This document shows, one piece after another, positions 1 through 13,008 of a stretch of 64,000 bases of DNA. Within the stretch, counting starts at the first letter, position 1, and every line of letters starts with the position of its first letter. The position numbers were made by a program, and so were the translations under genes. Location of the stretch: the NCBI GenBank assembly GCA_964016885.1, contig OZ024747.1:52204001-52268000 (forward strand), given 5' to 3'. The notes beneath the pieces were generated by a model, which did no database searches, was not told the DNA's origin, and was given only the letters and a program-made list of their open reading frames with translations. Source of the stretch: Eledone cirrhosa (Eukaryota).

Positions 1-268
1 CCGGATTTAAAGGAGGGAAAAGGAGGCAATTGCCCCGGGTCCCCAGAGACAACCGTAGCAATTTATTTGTGACCTGAACTGGACTTTTTAGTTCTAGGAT
101 GGTGTAGAATTTTTTAATTTAATACCTGTATATATAACTTTTCAATTCCAACTACTTGTGCCAAACTAACATTGATATGTAAAATTGGAGGATTTGCTGA
201 GTATTCTAATTTTTTGTGTATGTAGGGCCCCCTAAAACCTGTAGTGCCCGCCCCCCCCCCTAATCCCT
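1..268. mobile_element. Probable MITE (hAT-like), left end cut by window edge
   Basis: Begins ccggatttaaaggaggg...ttgccccgggtcccc and ends gggcccc...ccccccctaatcc; imperfect GC-rich inverted termini around an AT-rich core. Confidence 0.4.
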
Positions 269-607
269 CCTGGAAGTCACTTCTATTGGAACATTAATAC
301 TTGGTCTACTGAGCCCTTTACTTAAATTGTCACTCCAACAATCTCTTCCCAAGTCCATGTATTAACTCTATTCATATCTTGTTTTCTATCAAGAGTTCTT
401 TGCTATAGCTTACGTAATTCTATGGCCATATAGAAGACGTTTGAGAATGTCATGAGCAGAACTCGAAACCAATAATGGAGCAATAAAAATATGAAATAAC
501 TATTAGATTTCTATTAGACACCATCAAAGTGGGGAAATTTAAATAACTTGGACATTTAGAAAAAAAGTGGTTTCCAGGAATAGTTTGTTAACAGAAAACA
601 GAATAAA

Positions 608-820
608 GGTTTCTGATATAGGCACGTTGCCAACAATTTAAAGAGAAGGGGAAAGTCGATTAAAACGACCTCAGTACATGACTGGTACTTTATTTTATCG
701 ACCCCGTAAGGATGAAAGGCAAAGCTAACCATGGCGGGATTGAACTCAGACCACAAAAGACCTTAACTATATGCCACAAATCTTGTCGTCCGACGCTCTG
801 CCGATACTGCCAATCTACCA
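608..820 (-). mobile_element. tRNA-derived SINE family A copy
   Basis: Contains reverse complement of the family core gcctttcatccttacggggtcgataaaataaagtaccag plus B-box-like gagttcaatcc. Confidence 0.85.
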
Positions 821-934
821 ATGAAAAGAGAGCAAGAGGAAAACAAAGAATTATGTGGATGGATTAATATCAAGTATTGGACAGATTTAAACTTTTCATT
901 GCCATATTTCTAATGAAAGACAGTGCAACAAATT

Positions 935-1150
935 AACATTGTCGTTAGAACGTGAGATAAAATGATATGCGGTATTCCTTCCGACTCTCTACTCTCTGAA
1001 TTCAAATCCCGCTGACATCAATTTTGCCTTTCATCTTTTCGAGGTCGATAAACAAGTACTAGTTCAGTACTAAGAGGATTCTTCCTCTATATCACTTTTT
1101 TCACATCCCCTCTTTCACCTTCTCTCTCCTTCTCTGGAAGAAATCAGCTA
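935..1150 (+). mobile_element. SINE family A, long-tail variant (CT-rich extension)
   Basis: gaattcaaatccc...gcctttcatcttttcgaggtcgataaa followed by a CT-rich stretch and ctggaagaaatc, as at 48240-48570. Confidence 0.65.
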
Positions 1151-1520
1151 TGTTCGATCAATAGATCAGCCTTCTTGTGAAATGAATGAGCAGGTGATTG
1201 AGAATTTCACTAACACGCATAGCCTCAGTGTAATTCTCAGGGTTATTTAGTGTGACACAGTCTATATGATAAGTTTGACCCTTTTAATTACAATTACAGT
1301 CAACTTTGGATTATAATATAAGAGGTAAATTATTCCACAGACACGTGTACCGTTAATGTAATTCTCAGGGAGATTCAAGATGACGCGATGTCTGACAATT
1401 TTGGCCTTTGGAACTAGACACAGTCAATTCGAAGGGTTTCCAAACAGTTATCTATATAACCAATTTCTCCCTCAAGAATTTAATCGATATCACTTCGAAC
1501 CCGATCGAAGTGGTATTGAT
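1150..1520 (-). mobile_element. SINE family B fragments (two partial copies)
   Basis: Reverse complement of tcacgctaaatctccctgagaactacgttaagggtacatgtgtct seen at 34200-34250, present twice. Confidence 0.65.
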
Positions 1521-1559
1521 TAAATACTTGAGGGAAGGGTCTTTGGAGTAACGTTACTC

Positions 1560-1902
1560 GTAAACTACGTAGCTCGGAGATCAGAGAGTCACATCAGGTA
1601 AAGCTGCTTACTTCTCCGAATTAATTGAGAGATCACAGCTCCGATACTATGGGCACGTGGTTAGAATGTCTCAGGAAAAGAATCACTGGACAGATTTTAC
1701 GGGCAAAACCAACCGGCAAGGGACCCAGGAATAGACACCGAGCAAGATGGTTAGATAACATCCCTGAGCTTGGCTGGTCACGCTTGGAGCTCCAGACGCA
1801 CCAGTTGGAGAGGGTTGTTTTTTGACATGACCTACTGGAAGGAGTGTTTGAGGACTCTGCGCACACGACTCTCTCAGGAATAACTGGACGAAGAAGAAGA
1901 GA
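1560..1902 (+). mobile_element. 3' end of RTE-like LINE with (GAA)n tail
   Basis: Frameshifted RSQLRYYGHVVRM...ILRAKPTGKGPRNRHRARWLDNI, typical RTE C-terminus; ends gaagaagaag; same family at 22500-22700. Confidence 0.75.
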
Positions 1903-2249
1903 CGGGGCTATTAAACATGGAACTTAACAAAGATACCTAGAACTGGGATTGAAATCAGCTCGTTGTGATTGCGAAGTGAGCTTCTTAACCATCCTGTCAT
2001 GCCTGCGTCCACACAACAACAATAGAAATATATAAAAGACGCCATGATTTGCTAATGTGTTAGTTAGAGTAGCTGTCACCGGAAGTGGAACACACTGTAA
2101 ATACATATTTCAAAAAGAGAAATTCTCTTTGATGGCTTGGCTGTTTGAGTGATTCGAACCAATAACATTACAGCTTCCGGTGCACTGGGTCAAGAGCAAG
2201 TGACGTTCTAACAGATAAGGCGATGGCGGAGAAGAGGGTGTAACTATGT

Positions 2250-3520
2250 GTGTGTAGATGGTGATGGCGGTGATAGTTGGGTGTGGGGGCGTGGGGTGAT
2301 GATAGGGGATAGCTGGTATTATAATGATTATATTGATGGTGGTGATGTGCTTTTAGTACTGGTAATAGAGAGACGGTGGTGGCGGTGTCGGGTGGTGGTG
2401 GTGGCGGCGGTGGAGTGGGAGTGGTGGTTGTGGGGGTGGGAGAGCTGGTATTATAATGATGGAAGTTTTATTGATGGTTGGTGTTATGCTTTTAGTAGTG
2501 GTGGAGGGATAGGGTGGGGTGGGAGGGATGTTAATACGGTAGGAGTGTTGGTGCTGGTGGTTGTGGTGGGGGTTGGGGGTGTTGTTGTGGTGGTGGTGGT
2601 GGTGGTGGCAGTGGTGGTGAGACGTAGTGGGAGCGGTGGAAATGTGATGATGGTAGTGGTGGTGCTGGTGGTGCTGGTGTCATTATAGGAATGTAGGTTA
2701 TACTAAATGGTAGTTGGGGTGGTTTTGGTCCTGTGAATGTGGTGGATGTTAGGGGTGGTGTCATTGATGTTGATTGTGGTGGCGGCGGTGGTTGAGGGGA
2801 GGGGATTATGGTGATGGTGGTGGTCGTGGTCGTGGTAGTAATGATGGTAGGTGTAATGATGGCAGTAATGGTGATGGTGATGGTGGTGATGGTGATGGTG
2901 GTGGTGATGGTGATCGTGGTCATGGTTATGGTGGTGGTTATGTTGATGGTGGTGATGCTGATGATGGTGATGGTAATAGTGGTCATGGTTATGGTGGTGG
3001 TTATGCTGATGGTTGTGATGGTGATGATGGGGATGGTGGTGGTGATGGTGGTGATGCTGATGGTGGTGGTGATGGTAATAGTGGTCATGGTTATGGTGGT
3101 GGTTATGCTGATGGTGGTGATGGTGATGATGGTGGTGGTGATGGTGATGTGGTGATGGTGATGATGGTGGTGGTGATGGTGATGGTGATGGTGGTGGTGG
3201 TGGTGGTGGTGATGTGGTGATGCTAATGGTGGTGAAGCTGATGGTGATGGTGATAGTGGTCATGGTTATGGTGGTGGTTATGTTGATGGTGGTGATGGTG
3301 ATGGTGATGGTGGTGATGCTAATGGTGGTGAAGCTGATGGTGATAGTGGTCATGGTTATGGTGGTGGTTATGCTGATGGTGGTGATGGTGATGGTGGTGA
3401 TGCTGATGGTAGTGGTGATGGTGCTGATGGTGGTGTTGGTGATGGTGATGGTGGTCATGGTGATGATGGTGGTGGTGATGGTGGTGGTGGTGGTGGCGAT
3501 GAAGGTGGTGGTGCAGGCGT
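2250..3520. repeat. Degenerate (GGT/GAT)n trinucleotide low-complexity tract
   Basis: Seen directly; recurring sub-unit gtggtcatggttatggtggtggttatg. Confidence 0.95.
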
Positions 3521-3809
3521 GTGACTGTGTCAATGCCGTCGTTATTGTCACTAATTAAGTAGGCTGTGAGGAGAGGGGAGCAGATAAAAGGAAAGAAAGA
3601 GAGGGAGAGGGAGAGAGAAAATAAGGGGAGAGAGAGAGAGAGGGGGAAGAGAGAGATGAAGGGGGGAGAGAGAGAGAGGTGTGGAAGAAAGCGTAAAATG
3701 AGATTGCAGAGGTCAGTAAGTGCAATAAGCAGCCACCAGACTGTATTGTAAATTAGAAATTGTATTGCTAATGCTGCTTAAAACACACGTACATACGTAT
3801 ATGTAAATA

Positions 3810-3840
<31 letters not shown>

Positions 3841-4094
3841 CTGTAAAAATACGTACCGCCTACATACATACGTATATATATATATATATATACAAACATG
3901 TAAATCACATACCTCCTAAATACATACAAACATACATATATGTAAATATACATATCTCCTACGTACATACATACATATTTATACATACATATATACATGT
4001 AAATATACATACATGCCTACATACATGTCTACATACATATATACATATATGTAAATATACATACCTACATGCATACATACATATATGTAAATAT

Positions 4095-4612
4095 ATCCAT
4101 GTAGGAGAACCCCTACCGATGCGCTGAACGAGTGTGACTTTTTAGTCCAGCCAGCGACTTCAAAACTCTGGTACAAACACTACACTTGTGACAATTATTG
4201 ACACATAGTGCTGGGCCCATGGTACCATGTGACGACAAGTGCAGAGAGATCTCCAGATATAAAGCAATGCCTGTGCCGTGAAGCTTTTATAGTGAGGAAA
4301 GGCACTGCACAAAGCCAGTCCCACTCTCTTAACCAAGATGATATTTACCAAAAAGAAGAACAAGTCAACATCATTGGATACCATCAGAGTTGCAGGTGTT
4401 ATATCAGAGTTTTCCTTCTCCTAGAATTCTGCCTTGACAAAGGCTAAGGGGTCATCTCTCCCGGTGATTTTGGATGGCCATTGACTCTTAAGAGCTCCTT
4501 TGCCCTTTGACAGATTTTGTTTTTAGTCCTGCAGGATGTCCAAAGTCACCCTCCTCACCAAGAAAGCTTGGTGTGGTTGCCAGTTTAGTCGCCAACGACC
4601 CGACCATGGGAC
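4095..4612 (-). mobile_element. Internally deleted RTE-like element: putative 5' UTR joined to 3' end with C2H2 finger
   Basis: 4095-4385 matches 58848-59155 (CSVCTRV.KSLAGLKSHTRSAH); 4390-4612 has agttttccttctcctag...gccttgacaaaggcta, resembling RTE 5' UTRs; (ATAC)n on both sides. Confidence 0.6.
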
Positions 4613-4619
4613 ATATGTA

Positions 4620-4710
4620 AATATACATACCTACATACATACGTACACACTTGCATACACACACACGTACATACATGCATACATACATACACACACATAC
4701 GTACGTACGT

Positions 4711-4741
<31 letters not shown>

Positions 4742-5040
4742 TACAAACACGCATACACACACACACACACACACACATACATACATACATACATACATAC
4801 ATACATACATACATACACACATACACACACATACAAACATACATACACACATACATGCATACATACATACATACATACATACATACACACATACATACAT
4901 ACATACATACATACATACATACATACATACATACATACATACATACAACCCGCATATACTACACTTTCAGTTTTTGCACATAAATCTTCAGTATACATAT
5001 TTATGTAAATATGGTGTTAATGTGTTTTCACGTCTCTCTC

Positions 5041-5076
<36 letters not shown>

Positions 5077-5153
5077 TCTCTCTCACCCTCTCTATCACCC
5101 TCTCTCTCTCTCTCTCTCTCTCACCCTCTCTCTCACCCTCTCTCTCTCTCACC

Positions 5154-5184
<31 letters not shown>

Positions 5185-5645
5185 TCTCTCACTCTCACTA
5201 ACACACTCTACCTCACTCTCTCCTCATTCTCCTTACCCCCCTCTCTCACCCTCTCTCTCTCTCTCTCACTCTCTCTCTCACCCTCTCTCACTCTCACTAA
5301 CACACTCTACCTCACTCTCTCCTCATTCTCCCCCCCTTCCCCCCCTCTCTCTCTCTTCCATCTCTTTCTTCTTCCCTCATCGTCTCTCTTTCTCTTACTC
5401 TCTCTCACCCTCTCTCACCCCCCCTCTCTCTCTCTCTCTCTATCTCGATCTCTCTATCTCTCTCCTTATCCTCTTTTCTCTTTCCCCCTCACCTCTCTCT
5501 CCATCCCCTGTCTCCCCAACCCCATCTGTGTGTGTGTGTGTATGTGTGTATATGTGTTTGTGTGTTTGAATTGCTGTGCTTGTATTTGTGTGTATGTGTA
5601 TGTGTATGTGTAGTTTTGTGTGTATTTGTATGTATGTGTCTGTAT
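4620..5645. repeat. (ATAC)n/(AC)n, (CT)n and (GT)n microsatellite block
   Basis: Seen directly. Confidence 0.95.
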
Positions 5646-5974
5646 AGTTCTGTGGGGAGGAGAAGGGGAGGGGGCGGGGGCGGTAACAGTTACATATGTG
5701 CCACACATATTTATTAAAGTGCTGTCAAGACCGTATCAATCTATAACGATGTGTTTAGATAATTCAGATCCTACCCTGGTACTCCAGAATGCCGTATAAT
5801 AACTACGAAAGGAATGGGCCATAACTCTATGCCAAGAAGCATGGTGCTCGATGCTCTGCCGAGACCACTAATCCACCACCCTCGCAGTTCTGATTTAGAC
5901 ACAAGGCCATTAATTTTGGAGGAGAAAGTCAATTAAATCAACCTCAGTACGTTACTGGTACTTTATTGGCTCCA

Positions 5975-6180
5975 TACATGAGGATTGCAGCGTTCTCATT
6001 GTTTATTCATTGACATCCCATCCGCATCCATGACTTCGTAGACGACTTCTTAAACCAACTGCAGATCTTCATGGTTTATGACACAGGTGACAAAAGAGAG
6101 TTGTGCTTTCCACAGGATTGGCGACGGGGTCATTTTGTGGGATACAATCTTTAAACATCACCATGTATTTTATGAGTCAA
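5975..6180 (-). mobile_element. Degenerate LINE 3' fragment with C2H2-like finger
   Basis: Minus strand reads LFCHLCHKP*RSAVGLRSRLRSHGC, similar to the RTE-type C-terminal finger elsewhere in the window. Confidence 0.45.
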
Positions 6181-6199
6181 GAACTAGTTCTACACCCAT

Positions 6200-6287
<88 letters not shown>

Positions 6288-6477
6288 GAAAATAGAGAGA
6301 AAAAGACGATTATTAGGAAGAAAAATACATTTTTTTCCCTTTCGTTTTTTTCTCTTTTTTCTGGTTTAGAAAATGTTTAAAACAAAATATTTTACTTTGT
6401 GTGAAGTGTTAAGGTATTAGGTAATTTATTTATTTATTAACAATGGCATTTATTTATTTATTTATTTATATATTTAA

Positions 6478-6571
6478 TTGTTTCTACTTTTGGCAGAAGG
6501 CCAGCAATTATCAGTTTATTACTGGTACTTTATTTTATCGACCCCGTAAGGATGAAAGGCAAAGTTAACCT
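6478..6571 (-). mobile_element. 5'-truncated SINE family A at the PLE inversion junction
   Basis: tttctacttttggcagaaggccagc...tttatcgaccccgtaaggatgaaaggcaaagttaacct. Confidence 0.85.
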
Positions 6572-6572
6572 T

Positions 6573-8381
6573 ATATTGAAAGAACTAAGGAAAAACTACA
6601 AAATAACAACTAATGAAGATCTTGAAATGGTAAATAGAGAAGCTTCTGAAATAATTCATAAATTAGGCTTCGAAAATAGGACCGAACCCTTTATACCTAG
6701 AAGACCAAACATTAACCTGAAAGACCACAAAAGAAACTTTGAAATAGAACTACCAGTCAGACTTATAGCACCATCTAAATCAGACTTAGGCATAGTTAGT
6801 AAACATATATTAGATAGAATCATACCGCAACTTAAAGAAATATCTTACCTAAAACTATGGAACGGTATTAACGAAGTTATAGATTGGTTCAATAACATAA
6901 CATTTAAACATAACAAAAAATTAATTCAATTGGATATTGCAAACTACTACTCCTCCATTACTCCTAATTTACTTAATAAAGCTCTTATCTATGCATCTAA
7001 ACATACAGATTTATCTAGCGAAGAAATGCATATCATTTTAACCGCACGGAAAACTTTAATTGAATTCAACAATCATCTCTGGACTAGCGCTGATAGAAAA
7101 AATAATTTTGATATCACCATGGGATCACCAGACTCGGCGCAAATAACGGATCTTGTGGGGGCTATTTATTAATAATACACTGCATAGAAAAATACCAGAG
7201 ATGACCGGTGGTTTATATCGTGATGATATGCTGCTTTTAATTGAAAGTCATAGTAATTGTGAAATTAATAGAAAAAGAAAATCCATAATACAATTCTTCA
7301 ATAGCTACAACATTAAGTTAGAAATAGAGAATAACTATAAAATTGTTAACTTTTTAGACGTAACATTAAACCTTAACACAGGGCTCTACCATCCATTCCA
7401 TAAAATTAATGAGAATCTAAACTATGTAAGTTTTAACTCTAATCATCCTAGATCTATAAAGAACACTATTGTCAATTCTATCCAACAACGTATTTCGCTA
7501 ATAAAAACATTTTTGACGATAAGGCAGAATATTATAATGAAGCTTTAAATAGCGCAGGATATATAAATAAGATTAAATTCATCGACAACAGTGATAAGGC
7601 AAATAACCCTACTATTAATTATAATTACAATAAAAAATCTAACTTAAACTCTAAAACTAACAGAAGAAATAGAACTAGAAATATTATTTGGTACTCACCC
7701 CCATTCTCATTAAGCGTTAAAACACCTTTAGCAAAGCTATTCTTTAAAGCACTAGATAAAGGTTTTCCTAAAGCCCACAGATACCACTCAATCTTTAACA
7801 GACATACTATAAAACTATCTTAATGAACATAGCACAAAATATAAATAGAATTAATAATAGAAATTTAAACCCTAACCAAAGTAACCAAAATAGCAGTAAT
7901 ATCTCTAGCAATATCCAACATAATAGTACCGTTCTGAATAACAAGTCCGCAAAATGTAACTGTAGAATTAAATTAAACTGTCCTTTACAAAATAAGTGTT
8001 TAGATAAGGACGTGGTCTATAAATGTACAGTTAAAACCAGTGATAATATATTTAACTATGTAGGTGCAACTTCTACAGAATTTAAAAGTCGCTGGAATAA
8101 TCACAAATGCTCTTTCCAAAGATTTGATAAAAAATCTTCAACTTCTCTTTCAAACCTGATATGGAACTTAAAATGCAAAAATATGGACTATTCTTTAACT
8201 TGGGAAATAATTTCTAGCACCCGCGTACTGAAACACAGCTTTATCTAGATTCTGCAAATTGTGTGTTGAGGAAATTTTTTTCATACTTAAATATAAGAAC
8301 TCTATTAATATAAGAACGAATTTATTTAGTTCTTGTAGACATCGCCTAAATTCAACATTTAGAACTATATATAAATTATAA
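6573..8381 (+). pseudogene. PLE reverse transcriptase + GIY-YIG endonuclease, frameshifted
   Basis: ORFs 6552-7172, 7153-7548, 7823-8248: PVRLIAPSKSDLG, IQLDIANYYSSI, TMGSPDSAQITDLVG, GLYRDD, VNFLDVTLN, SNHP; Cys linker CNCRIKLNCPLQNKC; VVYK...YVG..FKSRWNNH; C-terminal CKLCVEE...SSCRH in a shifted frame, stop at 8379-8381. Confidence 0.92.
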
Positions 8382-9503
8382 TTACACATATAATATTTCT
8401 ACTTATTTCCATAACAATCTTATCCACTTGGTTTTAATATAGTGATATCTCTAAATCATATCTATAACATTTGCTATAATTTCATTTCTTAAAGTTTCAT
8501 AAAATATATACATATATAATTCTAATTTTTTTATTATTTTAATTTTAATTTTAATTCTAATTTTAATTTTAATTTTAATTTTAATTTTAATTTTAATTTT
8601 AATTTTAATTTTAATTTTAATTTTAATTTTAATTTTAAATGTAATTTTAATCCTAATAATTTTTAATTCTTTATTTTTTATTTCTTTAATTATTTATCTA
8701 TTTTTAAAAATTACTGATTTTTTAAAAATTACTTATCTCTTATAAATTATTTTTTTTAAAAATGTTTTCGAATTTTTAATATTTTTTCAATATCTTTTAT
8801 TAGATTTATAACCACTAACTAATTCTGGCTAAATATATCTTTCAACATTTATACTTATTTTGACAAAATAGTCTCATAATAACGAATAAATAAACAAAAC
8901 TGGAGCTTTGTCCGTATCTTCCCATTTTAAAATATATAAATATAAATATTCTTATTAACTCAGTTAACTTAATTTAATTTAACTTAATATTTACTTACAT
9001 TAAATACAAAACCAATATCCCTCATAACTCATTAAAACAATTACCCATGTATTTATTTATCTATTTATCTATTTATCTATTTATTTATTTATTTATTTAT
9101 TTATTTTTCTATCTATTTATTTTTCTATCTACTTACAACAGAAAATATTATATTAGATAAGAATTTTAAAAAACTAATTAATCGTAAATACACGTACTAT
9201 TAGATATATACTTAGAATATATTTCCCAAAAATTAACGTTATGTGAGTTTTATTCATCCTCGTGTAAAATTTTTCTCTCTATCTCTCTCGTAATATTTTT
9301 TATCTTTATCCACTTATATATTTTTTCTCTCTCTTTCTCCAGTGTCATTTAAATAAACGGTTGTTTTTCAATTATTTACATATTCATTTGCATATTCACA
9401 CATAAGTTTGAATAATCCCTAATATATTTCCATTATCCAGGGAATTTCCAACCGATAAGGTATGATTTTCATGGATATGTCTCTATTTATAAAACAAACT
9501 TTG

Positions 9504-9568
9504 TATTTTATCTGATGAAAGCGTACCAATGTTGTCTTGGTTACCCTTGAAATATATATAATAAAATA
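9504..9568 (+). ncRNA. Type I hammerhead ribozyme motif in PLE pLTR
   Basis: Stem I TATTTTAT/ATAAAATA; CTGATGA 9512-9518; stem II aagcgtaccaa/ttggttaccctt; GAAA 9549-9552; palindromic stem III ATATATAT; AUA site, predicted cut after 9560. Confidence 0.85.
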
Positions 9569-9849
9569 AATATGGTTTTATAAATATAGCTTCCATTTAT
9601 TTAATATCATTGATTATTTACTCCAGTAAATTTGTTGAGTGCTCTAAATCAGTTATAAACATTTATGTTTGTCGGACTTCCAACAAATTAAATACCACTT
9701 CTACTTATAAATATTTATTTATATATTTAATAATTATTAAATATATAAATAAATAAATAAATGCCATTGTTAATTAATAAATAAATTAACTAATCGCTGG
9801 CCTTGTGCCAAAAGCAGAAACTATATTTTAAGTTGTTTGACGTTGATAT

Positions 9850-12078
9850 TGGGGGTGATGGTGATGTTGGTGGTGGTGGTGGTGATGGTGATGTTGGTGG
9901 TGATAGTGGTGGTGATGGTGATGTTGGTAGTGGTGGTGGTGATGGTGATGGTCGTAGTGGTGGTGGTGGTGATGGTGATGTTGTTAGTGGTAGTGGTGAT
10001 GTTGATGGTGGTGGTGGGGATGGTGATGATGATGGTGGTGGTGGTGGTGATGGTGATGTTGGTGGTGGTGGTGGTGATGTTTGAGGTGTTGGTGGTGATG
10101 GTGATGTTGGTGGTGGTGATGGTGATGTTGGAGGTGGTGGTGATGGTGATATTGGTGGTGGTGGCGATGGTGATGTTGGTGGTGGTGGTGATGTTGGAGG
10201 TGGTGATGGTGATGGTGATATTGGTGGTGGTGGGGATGGTGATGTTGGTGGTGGTGGTGATGGTGATGTTGGCGGTGGTGGTGGTGGTGGTGATGGTGGT
10301 GGTGGTGATGGTGATGTTGGTGGTGGTGGCGGTGTTGATGGTGATGTTGTTGTTGATGTTGTTGTTGTTGGTGGTGGTGGTGGTGGTGGTGGTGGTGATG
10401 GTGGTGGTGATGATAGTGATGTTGGTGGTGGTGGTGGTGGTGATGTTGATGTTGGTGGTGATGGTGATGTTGTTGTTGGTGGAGGTGGTGATAATGATGT
10501 TGGTAGTGGTGGTGGAGGTGGTGGTGATGGTGGTAGCATTGCTGCTGGTGTTGATGTTGTTGTTTTTGTTGCTATTGTTTTTTTTTACTGTTGTTTTTTT
10601 TTATGTTGTTATTATTGTTGTTTTATAGTGGGTCATTGTGTATATTTTACCACCTCCATCTTATCATCGTTTCATGGTCTCGTGACCCTCTTATCAGGTT
10701 ATATATCCAACCATATAATGATGAGGACGGATGTTTTTCCTGTGATCTCACGCCACCAGCACCACCAATACCACCACCACCTCCACTGCCGCCACTGCCA
10801 CCGGTGTTACCACCCCACTGCTACCACCACCACCAACAACAACAACAACCCCTTCACCACTACCACCAGAACTATCAACACCACCACCATCACCATCACA
10901 ACCACCAACACCACCACCAACAAACACCCATCCAACACCACCACCATCATCATCACCAACACCACCATCACCATCACCACCACCAACACCACCACCACCA
11001 ACAACAACAACAACAACACCCCACCAAAAAACACCCATCCAACACCACCACCATCATCATCATCAACACCACCATCACCATCACCACCACCAACGCCACC
11101 ACCACCACCAACAACAACAACACCCCACCAACATCACCATCACCTCCACCACCACCATCACCATCACCACCACCAACACCACCACCACCACCATCAACAA
11201 CAACACCCCACCAACATCACCATCACCTCCACCATCACCACCACCATCACCATCACCACCACCAACACCACCACCACCACCATCAACAACAACACCCCAC
11301 CAACATCACCATCACCTCCACCATCACCACCACCATCACCGCCACCATCACCACCACCACCAGCAACACCACCAACACCACCAACACCCCACCATCACTA
11401 CCACCACCACTACCATCGCCATCACCAACTACAAAACTACTACCCACACTACCACCCACACTACCCCCACACCCCACCATCCATACCACGCACTGCCCCC
11501 ACCACCACCCACACTACCCCCTCACCACACCACACACACTACCCCCACCACCACCTACACTACCGCCACAGCCCAGCAACCCCCACCACATGCAGACCCC
11601 ACACCCCACCACCCACACTACACCCCACCACCAACACCACACACTAACCCCACACATCACCATCCATACCACACACTGCCCCACCCCCACCCACACTACC
11701 CCCTCACCACACCACACACTACCCCCACCCCCAACTACACTACCGCCACAGGCCAGCACCCACACCACATACAAACCCCAAACCCCACCACCCACACCAC
11801 AAACTACCGCCCCACCCCACCACCAACACCACACGCTCACCCCACACCCCGCCACCCACCCCACACACTACCACACCACCCCACCACCAACACCACACGC
11901 TCACCCCACACCCCGCCACCCACCCCACCCCACCACCCATACCAAACACTAACCCCACACCCACACCACCAACACCACACGCTCACCCCACACCCCGCCT
12001 CCCACCCCACACACTACCACCCCACCCCACCACCCATACCAAACACTAACCCCACACCCACACCACCAACACCACCGC
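9850..12078. repeat. (GGT/GAT)n tract 9850-10620 and (CAC/CAA)n tract 10752-12078
   Basis: Seen directly; opposite-polarity tracts flank a unique island of about 125 bp. Confidence 0.95.
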
Positions 12079-12295
12079 CGAACTTCCCCTTTTTAATTGT
12101 TTTCTAAACCATTAATGTTGCTCTGCTAATGGTTGTGATCAAATGTGTTATGATTTGTAAAATGGTTATTGTTGTCAGGTATTGTGATATATGTAATGTA
12201 TCCGGGATACATGAAAGCTGTTTGTTTTGGGTGTTGATATCGATCTCCGCAACCTGATTCTTTGCTACATTGTACATACATATACGTATTATTCA

Positions 12296-12342
<47 letters not shown>

Positions 12343-12418
12343 GTCTGTGTATATATATATATATATAAATATATATATACCTACAGACCCTTATATTTAT
12401 ATATATATATATACAGAC

Positions 12419-12474
<56 letters not shown>

Positions 12475-12816
12475 TAAAATAACAGATTAAAGTTTAAGCA
12501 AAGAATCGTTGCTTTCACCCTTAACGGGATCTTCTGAAACTAACAAAGTCAATCTGTAAACGCAGAAGTGGATATTTAAAAAAACGTTGCAACCGGAGGA
12601 AGACAGGAAGACGATACTTTGGTTCGTGGAAACGTTCGCTGGCTAAGAACGGGAAAAAACGAATATAATACGTCATTAATAGGCGCGGTGAAAAGCAATT
12701 ACGCGCAAAGACAGAACCACGTTTATGGTATAAAAGAGGTCGTAGACTAATGTTCTCTTAGGTGGTACATAGAGACGTTCTCTGGCAATGAACGAAAAAA
12801 CGAAGATAATACGTCG

Positions 12817-13008
12817 GAGATCCTAGCTAGGGCTAGATCGTATAACGGAAATAAAAGACCATGTGACCTCTGCGCCGCTGAGGCCCTGGAAATACTCTAC
12901 GCCACAGACCACATCTTAAACAAAAAATCTGAGGCAATTTCGGCTTGTAAACATAAATTGCACAAAACTTTCCTGTATTACAGCCCCACGTTATACCCTA
13001 ACGGATAG
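12817..13008 (+). pseudogene. C-terminal remnant of PLE endonuclease region (absent from ORF track)
   Basis: EILARARSYNGNKRPCDLCAAEALEILYATDHILNKKSEAISACKHKLHKTFLYYSPTLYPNG*; CxLC...LNKxSE...SxCxH matches the tail of the 6573-8381 protein. Confidence 0.85.

Larger units (their letters stand above)
6287..9795 (+). mobile_element. Penelope-like element, 5'-truncated, with inverted pLTR piece at the 5' end and pLTR at the 3' end
   Basis: (TA)n at 6203-6283; 6414-6478 is the reverse complement of about 9735-9795; RT-EN pseudo-ORF 6573-8381; long AT-rich spacer; pLTR about 9430-9795 with HHR. Confidence 0.9.

Noticed and set aside
2075-2185. Paired ETS-like motifs (ccggaagt, cttccgg) and a YY1-like gcggccatttt at about 42108 as promoter signals
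   Set aside because: Short motifs with no supported downstream gene; insufficient evidence
6552-6572. ATG start of the 206-aa RT ORF (MKGKVNL)
   Set aside because: These codons come from the antisense SINE core (gatgaaaggcaaagttaacct); chance in-frame fusion to a truncated PLE ORF
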